This document shows positions 47,246 through 60,800 of a DNA stretch of 64,000 bases, in pieces (position 1 is the first letter of the stretch; each line of letters opens with the position of its first letter). The notes under the pieces are model-generated. The model saw nothing but the letters and a program-made list of their open reading frames with translations. It was not told the DNA's origin and searched no databases. Position numbers and translations under genes: made by a program. This DNA comes from Cetorhinus maximus (Eukaryota), in contig NC_135898.1 in assembly GCF_964194155.1 (NCBI RefSeq), forward strand, positions 37,944,001 to 38,008,000, written 5' to 3'.

Positions 47246-50200
47246 AGAATCTGCATTGTCTAACGAGCAAATGTCTCTAACCAGTTCCCAGTGTAGACTG
47301 AGTGATTTGTTAATGGTTCGTCTGCTGCTGACATTGCCTCATGACGCCTAACTTCAGGTCAAAGGTCACATTTATTCCGCCCCCCCCCCTCTCTGCATCC
47401 CCACAGCTTTTCTTTAACTAACAGGGAACTGGGTTTATTATTGAATGCTGCTGGTCTTATGCATTAACTACCACAGTGTAGCCCTTACATTCATTAATGT
47501 GCTTTAATAATAAAGGATTTGGTTGTGGTGTGATGGAATTGTTTGGCTGGCTTTCTTTCCCTTATTTTCTGTTAAATTGATTTAAATCTCACAAATTGCC
47601 AATGCACAGCCCAGACTATTGTGTGGTTGATACTGTATCTAGCCATGTATGTATCTTGTGGCTAAGCACAGTTTGCAGAAGCCTTTTAATTCACTTGTGA
47701 ATTACTGCATTCTATTGTTTATAGCGATGGTCTGGAATAACAGACTTAGTAAATATCGAGACACCTGTACTAAGGAGTTGTACATAATGTGTTATGGCAC
47801 ATGAAAGTGCTTTCTTAAGGTGTTAAAAATATTGTCAGCAGTATGTAGGTGAACTCCCACCTGATAATACAAAAGGCTTAGTTGCTCCACATGTGTGCAA
47901 GTAACAGATGCAATACAATTGCAGTAGTACTCTATTGACAATGAATGCATTTGCAAACGCAGTTGTATGCCCAGCTACAACAGTATGGGAAAGTCAACAG
48001 AATAGCATAGTGTATCAAACTTTCTTTCACTGAGGCCATGGCTGACTGCTCAATGTGCCTTCCTGGGCTTTGCTCAGGTTCTGTAGCTGGCTGTCATTTT
48101 GTTTGCCTTTGCTTCCAGAGCTCAAGTGGTTTCAGAATCACTCTGGTATGAACCAGAATCAATGACCTTGGCAGTCTTTCTGTGAGCACCATTTCACATA
48201 AAAACAAGGGTATCCTTTTGAGTTTGTCACTTTAATTCAAACAGTTGTCAAGGTTTACAGTATGACATCATGCAAAAGAAAACTGCAATCAGTGTTCACT
48301 GTCACAGTAAGATGCCAGTACTTTAAATCAGCTCTTGTTCATAAATTGTATATTTACATAAGTAATGTTTAATAGGTTACTATAATTTATCAATTTTCCA
48401 TCAATAATAAGTATCTAGGAACCTGCAGTAAGTAAATGTACTTGTTTAATTATTAACTAGATTAACATACTGGGGTTTTATCTGGTTTAGATGTAGCACT
48501 CTTGTTTCTGATTCAGAAGATTCAAGCCCACAAACCTAGGCTAGCATTTCAGTGCATATGGAAGGATTGTACTATTGAAAGAGCAGTCTTTTGAATGGGG
48601 CGTTAAGTTGTCTGGTCTCTTGGGTGAACATTAAGAGAAAAAGACCCATGGCACCATTTGAAGAGCAGGGGAATTCTCACTGTCCTGACCAGTATTTAGA
48701 AAAGTAATGAAAAAGGTTGATGGAATTTTGGACTTTATCTCAAGGGGTTGGAATGTAAAGGGGAGGAGATTATACTTCAATTCCAGGGTACTGCATTTTG
48801 CACCACCTGTGAATAAGGCCTTGGAGAGGATACAGAACCGGTCCATTAGCATGATACCGGAGCTTAAAGGGTTACGTTCTAAGGATATGTTGCATAAACC
48901 TGGCTCATTTTTCCTTAAGTGTAGAAGGGTGATCCTTGTAAGGTGTTTAAAATGATGAAAGGATTTGATAGGGTGGTGTGTGTTACAGTTCACTTGGGAA
49001 ATCTGAGTTGCAATAGCAACATGCACTATACATGCATGTTGTAGTCTGGAGCTATGGATAGTGATGGCAGAGGCTCCAACTTTCCATCATGTGACTGATC
49101 AGGAATCTCTCCTCTTACCACCTGCCATTGGTGTGTGTTGGACGGATTTGCAGATTGACACTCAACCTGTTTAGTCACGTTATGAATGCACCTTCCTTAG
49201 CCATTAAATGCTGGAATGGGACTCGAACCCAGAACTTCTGGTTCAGAGGTAGGGAAGCTATCCACTGCACTACAAGACCTCCTCATTTGATAGTGTAGGT
49301 ATAAAGAATCAACTTCTCTGCCAGAGAAAACCAGACCAAGGTGTCACAATGTTAAAATTAGAGCTAGTGAAGTCAGGAAGCACATTTTCAACATAGTGGA
49401 AATCTGGAACACGCTCCCTTAGAAAATATGGATGCTGGGTCAATTTAAATTTTCAAGCTTGAGGCTTACAGCTGTATATTGGGTCACGGCATCAAGGGAT
49501 TTGGATTAAAGGCAGATAAATGAAGTTGAGATGGTCTAATAAAAAGGTGGAACAGGCTCGAGGAGCCAACTGGCGGCCTCCTGTTCCTATATTTTCATGG
49601 GAACAAGCTAAGCCAAACTAGAGTTAGATGGTTATGATATTGGACTGGTAGTCCAGATCTTTTAAGTTTAAATTCTTCCATGGTTAGTTATAAAACTGGT
49701 AGTTTGCAGGCTAGCACCAGAAAGATAGCCATAAAAGCTGCCATATTGTTGTTTTAAATACATAATTTGTGTTCTTTGGAGAAGCTTCACCTAATCTGAC
49801 CTACATACTGAACCTCCTATTAATTTATTGGTAAAGTACTCTAAATTGTTTGAGGCTGATAGCTCCTTTTGCTGTCTATGAACAGATTAAGAAGCTATAA
49901 TGGAATTTCTCAATGTGGATTTTTAAATACAGCGTACTGGGTTTTGTGATTGATACTGAGCAGCGGTGCACACCGCTGGTCTTAAAGCTGCCCCCAAACA
50001 TACAGCAATCTGTTATGTGAATTTCCCTTTCCTGACAACATTTTAAATCTGGCATTAAGCCAAGGGAATTTACAAACGTGTAGTAACATTGATGTCAGCA
50101 ATCAGGGCAAGTAGCCAATCACATTGAAGTATTCTCACAGACAGCAAACCAGAAAGTTTAAAAACACTGATAATCTTTCTTCTAATTTCAGATAGCAAAA

Positions 50201-51350
50201 TAAATGATCGATTGGATTTAGAAGCTAAAATGTTAACATAAAGCTTTCAAAAATATATTTTAAAGCTGTGGAATTATTTTAGCATAATGGAGAAATTTAT
50301 TAATCTACAAATATAAAATTTAACTTTTCAGGACCAGTGTTTAACATTAATTATGAAGTTAGTAAGCCACTTAAAAATCCAATTACACCTCATTCAGCAA
50401 AGTATAACATTTTTAAAAGTCTTTACAGGAAGACATCACAGTGTAACAGTGAGTGTTTTCGTGAGATTACTGATTGCTTAGAGATTGCACTCTGGGACCT
50501 CAACTGTGCAGCCATTGGAGGAGGAAAGAAGAACAGCACTTCTGGGTTTCCACATTATCCTGTGCATGTACAAAGTCCCTAAGTTGCCATCATTTTCAGT
50601 GGGGTAATGCCATGGAGTAACAACTGGAAATGCTGACAGTTTTGCAGTGATTACCACTGCAAAATCTCGGCCTTTGTTGTTTCTGTGTACACTCTCCTTT
50701 GTGTGGGTTGGAAGGTAGAGCTCAGTACTAATTATTCTGCATTGGATAGCAGCATTCAATAATTTTACAACCTTTCAGGCCTTCTGTAGACTGAGTTGGG
50801 ATAGGGTAAGCTGTTGTGCCATTTCCACAATGCCCTTAATAACAATATTTTTAAAGAAAAGCCTCCCAAGATCTCAGAATCCAGGACTGCGTCATAATGG
50901 TAATTGCCTTTGATTTGTTGTTTACTTCTATGTTTTAAAAAAAAACCTTGATCACTGTAATCTGCAGAACCTGGCTCAACACACTCTTGATCATAATGGG
51001 AAATTTCTTTAGTGTTTATGTAGTGTACATGAGCTGCTTCCAGTTCATTCACTAGGTGATGCCAAGGCTACCATTTAATTGCCTACATTATAGTTAGTTA
51101 ATAAACTGTAACATTTTAATTATAGCCTTGATACCTCTCTTGAAAGACAAAAGCATGTCTTTGAGAGAGAATGATTACTGAGTGACTTACTATTAAGACA
51201 AGCAATTTTCTCATACACCTGTGTTCATGTTTATAAGTTAGTTACAATACATTTATATAGCCTGCCTTTAGCATAAGCATTCATTTATTTCACATCACCA
51301 TGTGGATTTTATACCAAGTAGAGCACAGTGATATTCTTGGTTACCCACTG

Positions 51351-51594
51351 AAAACAAAATACTGCGGATGCTGGAGATCTGAAATAAAAACAAAATGCTG
51401 GAAAAACTCAGCAGGTCTGGCAGCATCTGTGGAGAGAAACAGAGTTAATGTTTCAAGTCCAAAATGACTCCTCTTTGGAACTGAAGAGAGATGGGACGGA
51501 TCAGTTCTGAAGAGGAGTCATATTGGACTAGAAACTTTAACTCCATTTCTCTCTCCGCAGATGCTGCCAAACCTGCTGAGTTTTTCCAGCATTT
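51351..51594. mobile_element. MITE-sized inverted pLTR pair carrying two back-to-back hammerhead motifs
   Basis: Left arm (-) 51351-51483 and right arm (+) 51502-51594 are reverse complements; the right arm reads CAGTT-CTGAAGA-G-GAGTC..GACTA-GAAAC. Confidence 0.85.
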
Positions 51595-51766
51595 CGAACT
51601 GAGTAACCAATAAATAAAAACATTGTCGCTAGTTGTTTATTTTTTCGCTTACTGCTGCCATTGTATTTACAGATAAGTGACCAGGGTTCCTGTGATGTGT
51701 AATTTAGCACATCTCATGCATTTTATTTCATCCAAACATTTTTTTGTTCCTGTGTTCTTCACTCAG

Positions 51767-51969
51767 AATGGGCTGCAGCAATTTCACTGACTGTTGGAGC
51801 AGCTGCTGTTGGGTACCTAGCCTACAGAACTTTATACTCCAGAGACAAATGCCATAAATCATTGGTTAACCTAGACATCCAGAAAGATACCCCTAAAGTA
51901 GTGCATGCGTTTGATGTTGAAGACCTGGGCGATAAAGCTGTGTATTGTCGATGTTGGCGATCTAAGCGG
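51767..51969 (+). CDS. CISD1: CISD1 exon 2 ([68 protein letters not shown])
   Basis: Polypyrimidine tract plus ctcag acceptor, GTAAGA donor; TM anchor and first half of the CDGSH Fe-S motif (YCRCWRS). Confidence 0.97.
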
Positions 51970-53395
51970 GTAAGAATATCAATTTGATTACCTCGTTACA
52001 CGTCAAGGGCACATAGAAATGTACAGGGTCACAGTCTCAAACTCGGATAAGTGAGAAGAGAGTTTAGATGAGTTCACTTTCTGCTACTGATGGTGAATTT
52101 GTGGAATGGACTGCCAGGGAGGCAGTGGAAGAGTGAATTGGATAAATGAGAAATGTTGATGGGTGAGAGGTATCATAGGATATATTTCCTAGATACTGGG
52201 ACTAGTCAAATGATCCAAAGTAAGCTTTGTCAGAACCTGTACATCCCTATGTTCCTATTTCAGTCTGTGTATATTTTGTTTTCTGACTTTTTGTAAGTAC
52301 TTTTTGAGGAAATATCAGACTTTTGCATAAAAAATAAAAAGGGGGAATTTTACAAAAGATAATTCCAAAGGAAATTGTTGTAACTTGTAAAAGGTGATGA
52401 GCAACCAGGAAATTATTCTTTTGTTCGTGATAAGTTTGATTTTAAGAGCAGTGAGAGTGGGGAGTGGTATTTATTTTGATGAGGATGTCCTATAGCACTG
52501 GCATGTGCTATCTCAGCTGTTTTCTCATTGCTCCTCTGAACATCACAATCCCGTTACTGAAGAAAAGGTTGAACACCCTTCCTCGCCAACAGACCAGGTA
52601 TCAGTAAATCTGGGACCAGCCAGTAATCCTAGAGGACCAGTAATCCACCAGCTTGTTCCTCCTTTGAACTTCAGGATGCCAAATGTGCTTAGCTAATGAC
52701 TGAATGGAAATTCAAAGGAAATAAGCTAGGCAAAGCATTGAAACTGAATAAAGACCATGAAGGAAGCACCCAAAGGAAGTAGGACCCCAAAGTTACGATC
52801 TTTGTCTTTTTACCTGTGATAGTTTCCCTCTGTTCACTGCCAGAGACTAATCCCAGAAGTGAGTGCTTGTTCCCAATGAATTGGAGTTGCCTTTATTTGT
52901 CTGATAACTAGGTAATTATAGTGAGAATAGAATATAGGTAATAATCAATATAGATAGAAAATTCAGTGGAATTCCCAAGCCTGGTTGTGAAGATAACACT
53001 GAGACTAGGATGCTTTGGTGGAGACTCTTTATTGCTTGTCACAGAGTTTACTTCTCCACTCTAACACCAAGCACCCAGTGCTGGCTGACCCTTCTTAATA
53101 TACACATCTGAGTATAATTAACTAGTCAATACCCAACAAATGTCCACCTTAGTACCTGAAACTACTGGGTATTTAACATCCATCAACAGAACCTATCAGA
53201 TTGATCTAACATTAATCTTTGTCACTGAAACAGATACGCCTTTTCAGTGTTAAACTGGAAAGAACAAATTACATACAGACATTGTTCTGGCTATTAATAT
53301 ATTTTATTCAGCATATTTTGCCTCGTAAGCTGGCTTCTCAGAATAAATTATCCACACTAGTTTGCCATTGTTTGCAAATTTGGTCACTGCAATGA

Positions 53396-53730
53396 GCAGA
53401 CTTGAAGAGGACATAGATTGGCGAAATGCGTAGCAGGTGAAATTTAATGTGTGTGAAGGATGCATTTCGGAAGAGGAATGAGGAGAGGCAATATAAGCTA
53501 TATGATACAATTTTAAAGGGAGTCCAGGAATACAGAGACTCAATGCAATTTATTAACTTGCATTCAAAAAGCTCCTTTAATTTCCCCAAGGTGCTGTACA
53601 GAACCATAATCAACAGTTAATGCCACTGTACCAACAGGGAAGACATTGGGTGTGTAACTAAAAACTTGATCAAAGCGGTAGATTTTAAGGGAGGGAATTT
53701 TAGAGGAGGAGAGACAGGTGGAGAGAGAGA
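53396..53730 (-). repeat. Inverted copy of 56236-56570 (L2-tail/CR1 chimeric segment)
   Basis: Shared peptide LYHIAYIASPHSSSEMHPSHTLNFTCYAF appears in ORFs on opposite strands (53304..53543- and 56294..56626+). Confidence 0.9.
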
Positions 53731-55479
53731 GTTAAATCAAGTTATTGATTTAAATTAGACAGTTTTATAGATAACAGGAACGTGTTCTGCCCAGAAGGAA
53801 CAAAATGGATGGCACACAAACACCGTGAGTGGTGCCAAGAAATTGAAAGGGATCCAAAGGTCATGGTAGGCTTAATGTTAAAATGTATAGCAACTACTGC
53901 GTAGTAACCAAAAAAGCTAACAGTGCTGAACCTCTTTTGTGCTCTAATCGGATCACGTCTTGGGTACTGCATCCAATTCTGATCATCGAGAAAAGCAACT
54001 GAGGCTGATCTGTGGTGTTGAAGGTAGCGGATAAAAAAAACAGATATTTGGGCTTTTGAAGCCTACTTCTGATCTGGAACAGTACCATCCTGATATCCAG
54101 TAACTTTCCCACAATTGTCAGAGACTCGAGGTCCATCCCCTGTCTCTCTTACTCATTTTCTGATTAACATAATCTCCCTTTGGAGAACTTTTGTTTTGTT
54201 CCTTTTTGAGTTATTAATTTTGCCTATGTTATAGCTGTTTGGGAAAGCATGTTACTTGTCTTTCCTTATGTATACTTGGAGGAAATAATTATTCAGCATG
54301 GTTACTATCTGGTGCCCTTTGTTATAACCCTTAGTGTACTTTATGATTCTCACCTTTTCTGACTATTCCCCTACTATAAAATTATACTGTTCTCTTGAAA
54401 GTGTTTCTTGCTGTTTTTTTTTACCTGCAGCTATGTATTTTTTCCAAGTCTTATACTTCTTATCTTGTTAACTTGTTTCAGCATTTATTTATTTCATTGC
54501 CAGTCATCTATCTCCCTGCAGTTTGTTTTTACTGCTAATATTTTTATGATTAATTTGTTAATCCGTTTAAGGTCATGCCTGTTCAGTTTATTTCACATGC
54601 TCAGTGCTGTGCCTTAAAAAGTTTTGCAGTTGTCTGCTATTGAACTGTTGCAGAATGACTATCCTCAAAACTATTTGATTAAGCTTTTGTTTAATTTCTT
54701 TGAAGTGAGCTGGCTCCTGGTTTTCTGTATTTTTGAATCCCAGATCATTTAGGGCTGGATCATTCTGTGATTGTTCTCTCTCTTGGATGCCATGACTTCC
54801 ATTTCCTGGAGGTGACCAGGTCGCTTAGCATTAGCAGGACAAGAATTTCATTGCCCCTCATGGTTTCTCTGAAACACGGGCTATAAAATTGTCATGCATT
54901 CCAATTATCATCTTAGTCTGTGAACCTCTTTGATATTTATAATTCATACCTGGCTGATTGAATTTGCCCATTTAAATAATATTTTGTTCTTCACTTAGCC
55001 TGCTTGTTTCTACATTGAACAAACTTTGTTCATGGAAGTGCATTGTTGAGGGCAGATTTAAAATTATGTTTATCCTGTCTATCCAAAGTCATATTAAGTG
55101 TAATATCGTAGCCCTTTCCCTCTGACATTGTTGTATAGGCTACACAATACAATCAATACAAATGCTTCAAAATCAGAACCTAAAAAAATGAAAAACATGA
55201 GTTAATCATGCTTTGTTAACCAAAAATCTACTTGAACAGCCCTGTTCAAAGTCACAAATTGCATTCTGTGTGACTGACCATGGTGCATTGTCCCTCCTTG
55301 TCCTTCTCTGTTTCCCTGCAGCATAGTCAACCACACCATCCAGCTCATCTGTTGTCCAGCTCCATGAGGTGGCTTTTGCTTTGAGGCATTTTTACCTATT
55401 GAATCATAATTCATTGCTAGGCTATGCTGGATATCTCTCTTCCCCCGCACCATTGTGTCGGAACACTCCAGAGATCTAT

Positions 55480-56420
55480 CCTATCAGCTTCTTCATTTAC
55501 ATGCTGCCTCTTGGTGACATCATCAAACGTCATGGTATCTGCTTCCACATGTATGTTGATGGCATCCATCACTCTTTCTCCACCATCTTTCTTGACCCCT
55601 CTATTTTCTCTCTGCTGTCATCTACTTATTTGACATTCTGATGAACCACAATTTCCTTCATGTAAATATTGGGAAGACTTGCTTCCCTGCCACAAACTCC
55701 ATACCCTTGCCACCATTTTTAACTCAATGGACACAGTCTCGAATTGAATTAGATTGTTTGCAATGTGAAGTACTAATTGACCCCAAGCTGAACTTCCAAT
55801 TCCACACCCCCTTCATGACAAAGATGTCCTACATCTGCCCCTGGTATGGCTTGTCTCTGCCCCACCTGAGTCTGAAACCCTCATCCATTATGTTGTCCCA
55901 TCCAGGCTGATAACTCCACTGCTCTCCTGGCCAGCCTCCAAGTATAAACTCAGTTGACCAAGCTCTATGCCACTGCAAGTCCTGACCATCTATCATCAAT
56001 GCAAGTTGACCTAATTTGGCTCCCAGTCCCCAGCACCTGAAATGCTAAATTCTCTTGCTTAAATCCTTTAATGGCCTTGGACCTCCCTATCTCTAATCAT
56101 CTCCATTCGTCAACAGTCTGAGAACTTAGCATTCCTCCAATTCTGGCCTCTTATGCATTTCCATGCCTTTGCCCCACCACAAGTGGCTGTGACTTCAGCC
56201 AGCTTGGCCCTAAGCTCTGGAATTCCTTCCTAAACCTCTATCTCTCTACCTGTTTCTCCTCCTCTATAATTCCCTCCCTTAAAATCTACCTCGTTGATCG
56301 AGTTTTTAGACACCCCTCCCAATGTCTTCCCTGTGGGTACAGTGGCATTAACTGTTGATTATGGTTCTGTACAGCACCTTGGGGAAATTAAAGGAGTTTT
56401 TAAATGCAAGTTGATCAATT
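55480..56420 (+). mobile_element. Decayed L2-clade LINE 3' part
   Basis: FFIYMLPLGDIIKRHGICFHMYVDG (YADD-region remnant), CTCTGGAATTCC and ...TAAATGCAAGTTG tail; related pieces at ~9800-10005 (+) and ~61165-61700 (-). Confidence 0.75.
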
Positions 56421-56729
56421 GCATTGACAGTCCTGGACTCCCTTTCAAATTGTATCATATAGCTTATATTGCCTCTCCTCATTCCTCCTCCGAAATGCAT
56501 CCTTCTCACACATTAAATTTCACCTGCTATGCATTTCACCATTCTCTGACTATGTCCTCTTCAAGTCTGCTGCTTTCCTCTCCACTGTTCACAACACTTC
56601 CAAGTTCTGTCTTTTCCAAACTTTGAAATTTTACCATCTATACCCAAATGTTAAAAAGAGAAGTGGCCCTGCTACCCCTGAAGGAGCTCAATGTATACTC
56701 CCTCTGGTCTGAAAACAACTGTTCTTTAA

Positions 56730-57102
56730 AATTTATTCTCTGATGGGATGTGGTGCAGGCCAGCATTTGTTGCCTGTTCCTAATCGCCCTTGAACTGTGT
56801 TGCTTGTTTGGCCATTTCAGAGGGCAGTTGGGAGTCAACCACATTGTTGTGGGTCTGGAGCCACATGTAGGTCAGACCAGGTGAGGATGGCCGATTTTCT
56901 TCCCTAAAGGGCATCAGTGAACCAGATGGGCTTTTATGACAATCCATGATAGTTCATGGCCACCATGACTGAGACTAGCTTTCAATTTTATTAATTGAAT
57001 TTAAATTCCAGCTACTATGGTGAGATTTGAATCCATGTCCCCAGAGCATTATCCTGGGCCTCTGGATTACCAACCTAGTGACATTACCACTGTGCCACCA
57101 TC
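56730..57102 (-). mobile_element. tRNA-headed SINE sharing its 3' tail with the 10095-11996 LINE family
   Basis: Minus strand begins GGTGGCACAGTGG, has GGATTCAAATC, and ends AAGGGCGATTAGG..GGCAACAAATGCTGGCC. Confidence 0.6.
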
Positions 57103-57386
57103 TCCCCACAAACTGTTCATCAGATACTTTCTTTGTTTTCTGTCCATTAGCTAGTTCATCAACCATGTTGCCACTGCCCTTTAAATCCCATGGGCTTCAA
57201 TTTTGCTAACAAGTCTATTTTGTGGCACTTTATCAAACGCCTTTTGAAAGTTGACTGTCCTCACCTCAACAACCCCCTCCATTATTTAGCCAAGAAGAAT
57301 TTCATTGGAGTTGTGCATTTAATCCAAAAATCAAAACCTTATACATGAAGCAGTGAACTAACCTTTTCTCTTTTTTTTAATTTCAG

Positions 57387-57476
57387 TTCCCAATGTGTGA
57401 TGGTTCTCATACTAAACACAATGAAGAAACTGGAGACAATGTAGGGCCACTGATAATCAAGAAAAGAGAAGCCTGA
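57387..57476 (+). CDS. CISD1: CISD1 exon 3 ([29 protein letters not shown])
   Basis: tttcag acceptor, CDGSH and NEET motifs, TGA; total CDS 318 nt = 105 aa. Confidence 0.97.
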   Translation, partial: FPMCDGSHTKHNEETGDNVGPLIIKKREA

Positions 57477-57810
57477 TGCAAGGATATTTTAACATATAAA
57501 AACTATAGAACATGTTTTGTGTTAATATACAAATAATTCCTGCACACCATGACAGGTGTAAAATTAAATAGATGTAAGCTGTGTGGTACAGACCTTAATT
57601 TTCATCAAGGCCCTCTCTGTATGACTGAAAACACTAATCTGGCCTTGATATCATTTCAGATGTTCTTACAAAATGACTGTGGTTGCTCGTATTTTTGTTA
57701 TTGTGCGTGTATAAAGTAAAATATTGGTGTGGTACAATGCAGTAAGATATTTCTTTCTAAATTGTAGTGGCAAATACATTATTATTTTGATCATTTCACA
57801 AAGTCAAACG

Positions 57811-57816
57811 AATAAA
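57811..57816 (+). terminator. Likely CISD1 polyadenylation signal
   Basis: AATAAA about 335 nt after the stop, followed by GT/T-rich sequence. Confidence 0.55.
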
Positions 57817-60800
57817 GGATTGGGAGTTGTTTGAAATCTGTGTTATATTTTACCTAATGCCATGAGGGGAAAAAAGATTTAGATTTATAAAGCACCTTTT
57901 ACAACCAATAGATGCCTCAAAGTACTTTACAGTTGATTAACTAATTTTGAGTACATGCAATTGAATAATATTTGCTTTGGGCTGGATGTAGGCTTGTTAA
58001 AAACTTGTTCTGCTTGGTTCCAATTTGGATGTACAGGAGCATGGGAAAGTAGAAGGGCCCAATGGCCTAATCCTGCTCCTAAGCCCCATGTAGAGGAATG
58101 GAAAAGACTCTGCTCTCTATCTGACTAACTCCAAAACCTAATAACTACAAAATGCCCACCGCCTGAAACAACTATCCATTTCTGAATTAAATTTTCCACA
58201 CTATCTGCTTCTCTGATCAGTCCATTCCACACATTCAGCACCAAAAGTATTTAAATCAAGCCATCCATTACTACTCTTCAAGATTTGAACCCTGTATTCT
58301 GGTTCGTGAGACTGGCAACTTTAGAAAGGATCTTTCAGAATCTCAGTTGCTTAAACAATATTTCGCCTGTGTATTCTCTTCAAAATAACACTCACCAATT
58401 GCTCCTTGCCTTGACATAGGCAGCAGTTTGTTATTTTCTGCACTACTATATTTGAATATAAACAATTTACACAGCAAGAAACCATTACTTAATCAGTGTA
58501 ACTTGCATGTTTTAGACAAAATGTAGTTCTCGTGTGTACATGCATACATGGAATTAGGTTAATATATAACAGTACATTTTGAAATGTGTATGCTTGATAA
58601 ATTGTGAAAGGTTTGGCTAGTATATTTTTATATTTTCATAATTCTGACCGCTGGAATAGTGCAGAAAGTCTCTCACGCAGGTAAATTCTTAGATGATTTG
58701 TGCTATCTTTCTGAAGTCAATTCTCCATTTTATAATTTGGAAATATGTAAACTGGCCCCATGACAGAGGAAAATTGAAATTCCCATTGATTCTGCTCATA
58801 AAGATGACCTTTAAATGTTACCTGTTCATTCTTGGGCTTTTTTCAGTCATTAATGAAGTATGTGTTTCAGGTTATGTATTTCCATGTTGGAATGATTAGG
58901 TGCCTGAATGTGCTTGTGAATCTTCATGCTTGATCTCCCGAATTATCCATTTCTAGTTAAGTGAGAGTGTGTGGCTGATCATGTATCGAATATCTCAGCG
59001 TTTTAGGACACAATTCCATATGCTGGTCTCTGCTACCTTGCAGAATGATTTCACTCGTTGAGCATTGCTGCCAATTTCATTTTCTTCTGTGCGTTTTTAT
59101 CATTTGTGTCTCAGTTTAGATAGGTTAAAAACTGTCAAAGCTGAATTTCCACGGCAAAGAAAGTCAAATTCTTGCTAAGGGCAGCTGGGTGGTATAGTGG
59201 CTTTACGACCTAACTCAATGATGGTGAGATTCTTTGACAGATGTACCGATTCTTCATAAATTTTAGTTTGAGTAGTCTTGTGGTTGAACTTTCTTTGGGA
59301 TAGCATGTTGTCTTGGGTGGTAGCGTGAAATCAGTGATATGGCTTAGGCTGCCTGTTATAACACCCCACTCTGTAATTCAACTTCATTGAATTCAAAGAA
59401 AGGCAGGTAGCCAACTTGCCATTGGCCCATTTGTTCTTCTATCCAGACTTTGTTTTGTGTCCAAAACATCTACTTCACTAAAATAAAATGTTAAATGCCT
59501 GAGAATGCATGGATGATTCCTACCATTCCTGGACTAAAGAAAAATGTAACTAAAGGCGAGTGGAAAGAGTTTTACTGAGTCTGGGCACACTAGGTTAAAC
59601 CTGGAAGTGCTTGCAGTTAATGCTGAGTGGCTGAAGTGAAGAAAACGTCCCCTTGCCAAGCACTGAAATCTATCATCTTAATCACTGAAATTTCATCATT
59701 GTTTACAGCCCATATATTAAAATTGTCTGCTTAGTATACTGGCCTTATCGTATTTTTAATTCCACTATTATAGAGATTTATTTACAATGGAGAATACATC
59801 ACGGCAAACAGCAAAACAGGATTTATGTTCTTACAGGTAACTTGCTCTTGCATGTACTGAACTGGCAAGTTGGTTGTGATGTATCACGGAGAAGTGATAA
59901 AAATCTCTACAGCTATAGCCTGTTATTTTTCCTACATTGGTGGCTAATTTGAGAGACCTCTTTCTTAGGTAATTCAAGTATTATACACTGCCAGCAGGAA
60001 GCCACACTGGAATGGAACGAAGTGCAGGGATAGAACAAACTCCGTTCCCACTGGGATTGTCAAATTAACCCTTTATGAGCACTACTTAAAAGCAAAATGT
60101 GACCTGCAAGATTAGCACCAGTGACAAATGTCAGCTCAACCCAGTGGCAGCGCTCTCTCCTTTCAATCAGGTTGTGGGGTCAAGTGTTACTCTGGGACTT
60201 AGGTTTATAATCGAGGCTGACTGTTCAGTTGTAAAGTGTCTTCTGAATGAGATGTTAAACCAAGGACCTGACTGCCCGCTTAGATCATCATAGAAGATCT
60301 AAAGGAGGATGAGAAGTTCTCCTGGGTGCTAGCCAATGTTCATCCCTCAACCAAATCATCAAAGCAGAGTAACAGATCATTCATCTCATTTGCCCTTGTA
60401 TGATCTTCCTGAGCTCAAATTTGACTTTCACCTTTGCTGAAAAGACACCAGTGACTATGCTCCAAAAGTAACTGGTTAGCTGGGCTACAAGGAGAGATAA
60501 AGAAGAAATGGGGGATAGAAGGGTCTGTGGAGAGTTTATTGAAAGGTAACGGTTAAACTGGAGTCGATTAAATTCACATAACTGCAAACTGTGCAATCAG
60601 GAGTATGAACTCAAGATCATTAAAGAAAAGTGAGCAGGCAGCTTACATTTAACTGCTTTAGAGAAAGTGGAGAATGTGTGTCCTAAACAACTCAGCAAGA
60701 CTGTTGTGTTGACAACTTCAAGAGTGAGATGGATAGTTTTTTAACGTGTAAATGAACATTGGCCATCAGCAGACAAAGGCTCAGCATATTTGTATGATAT

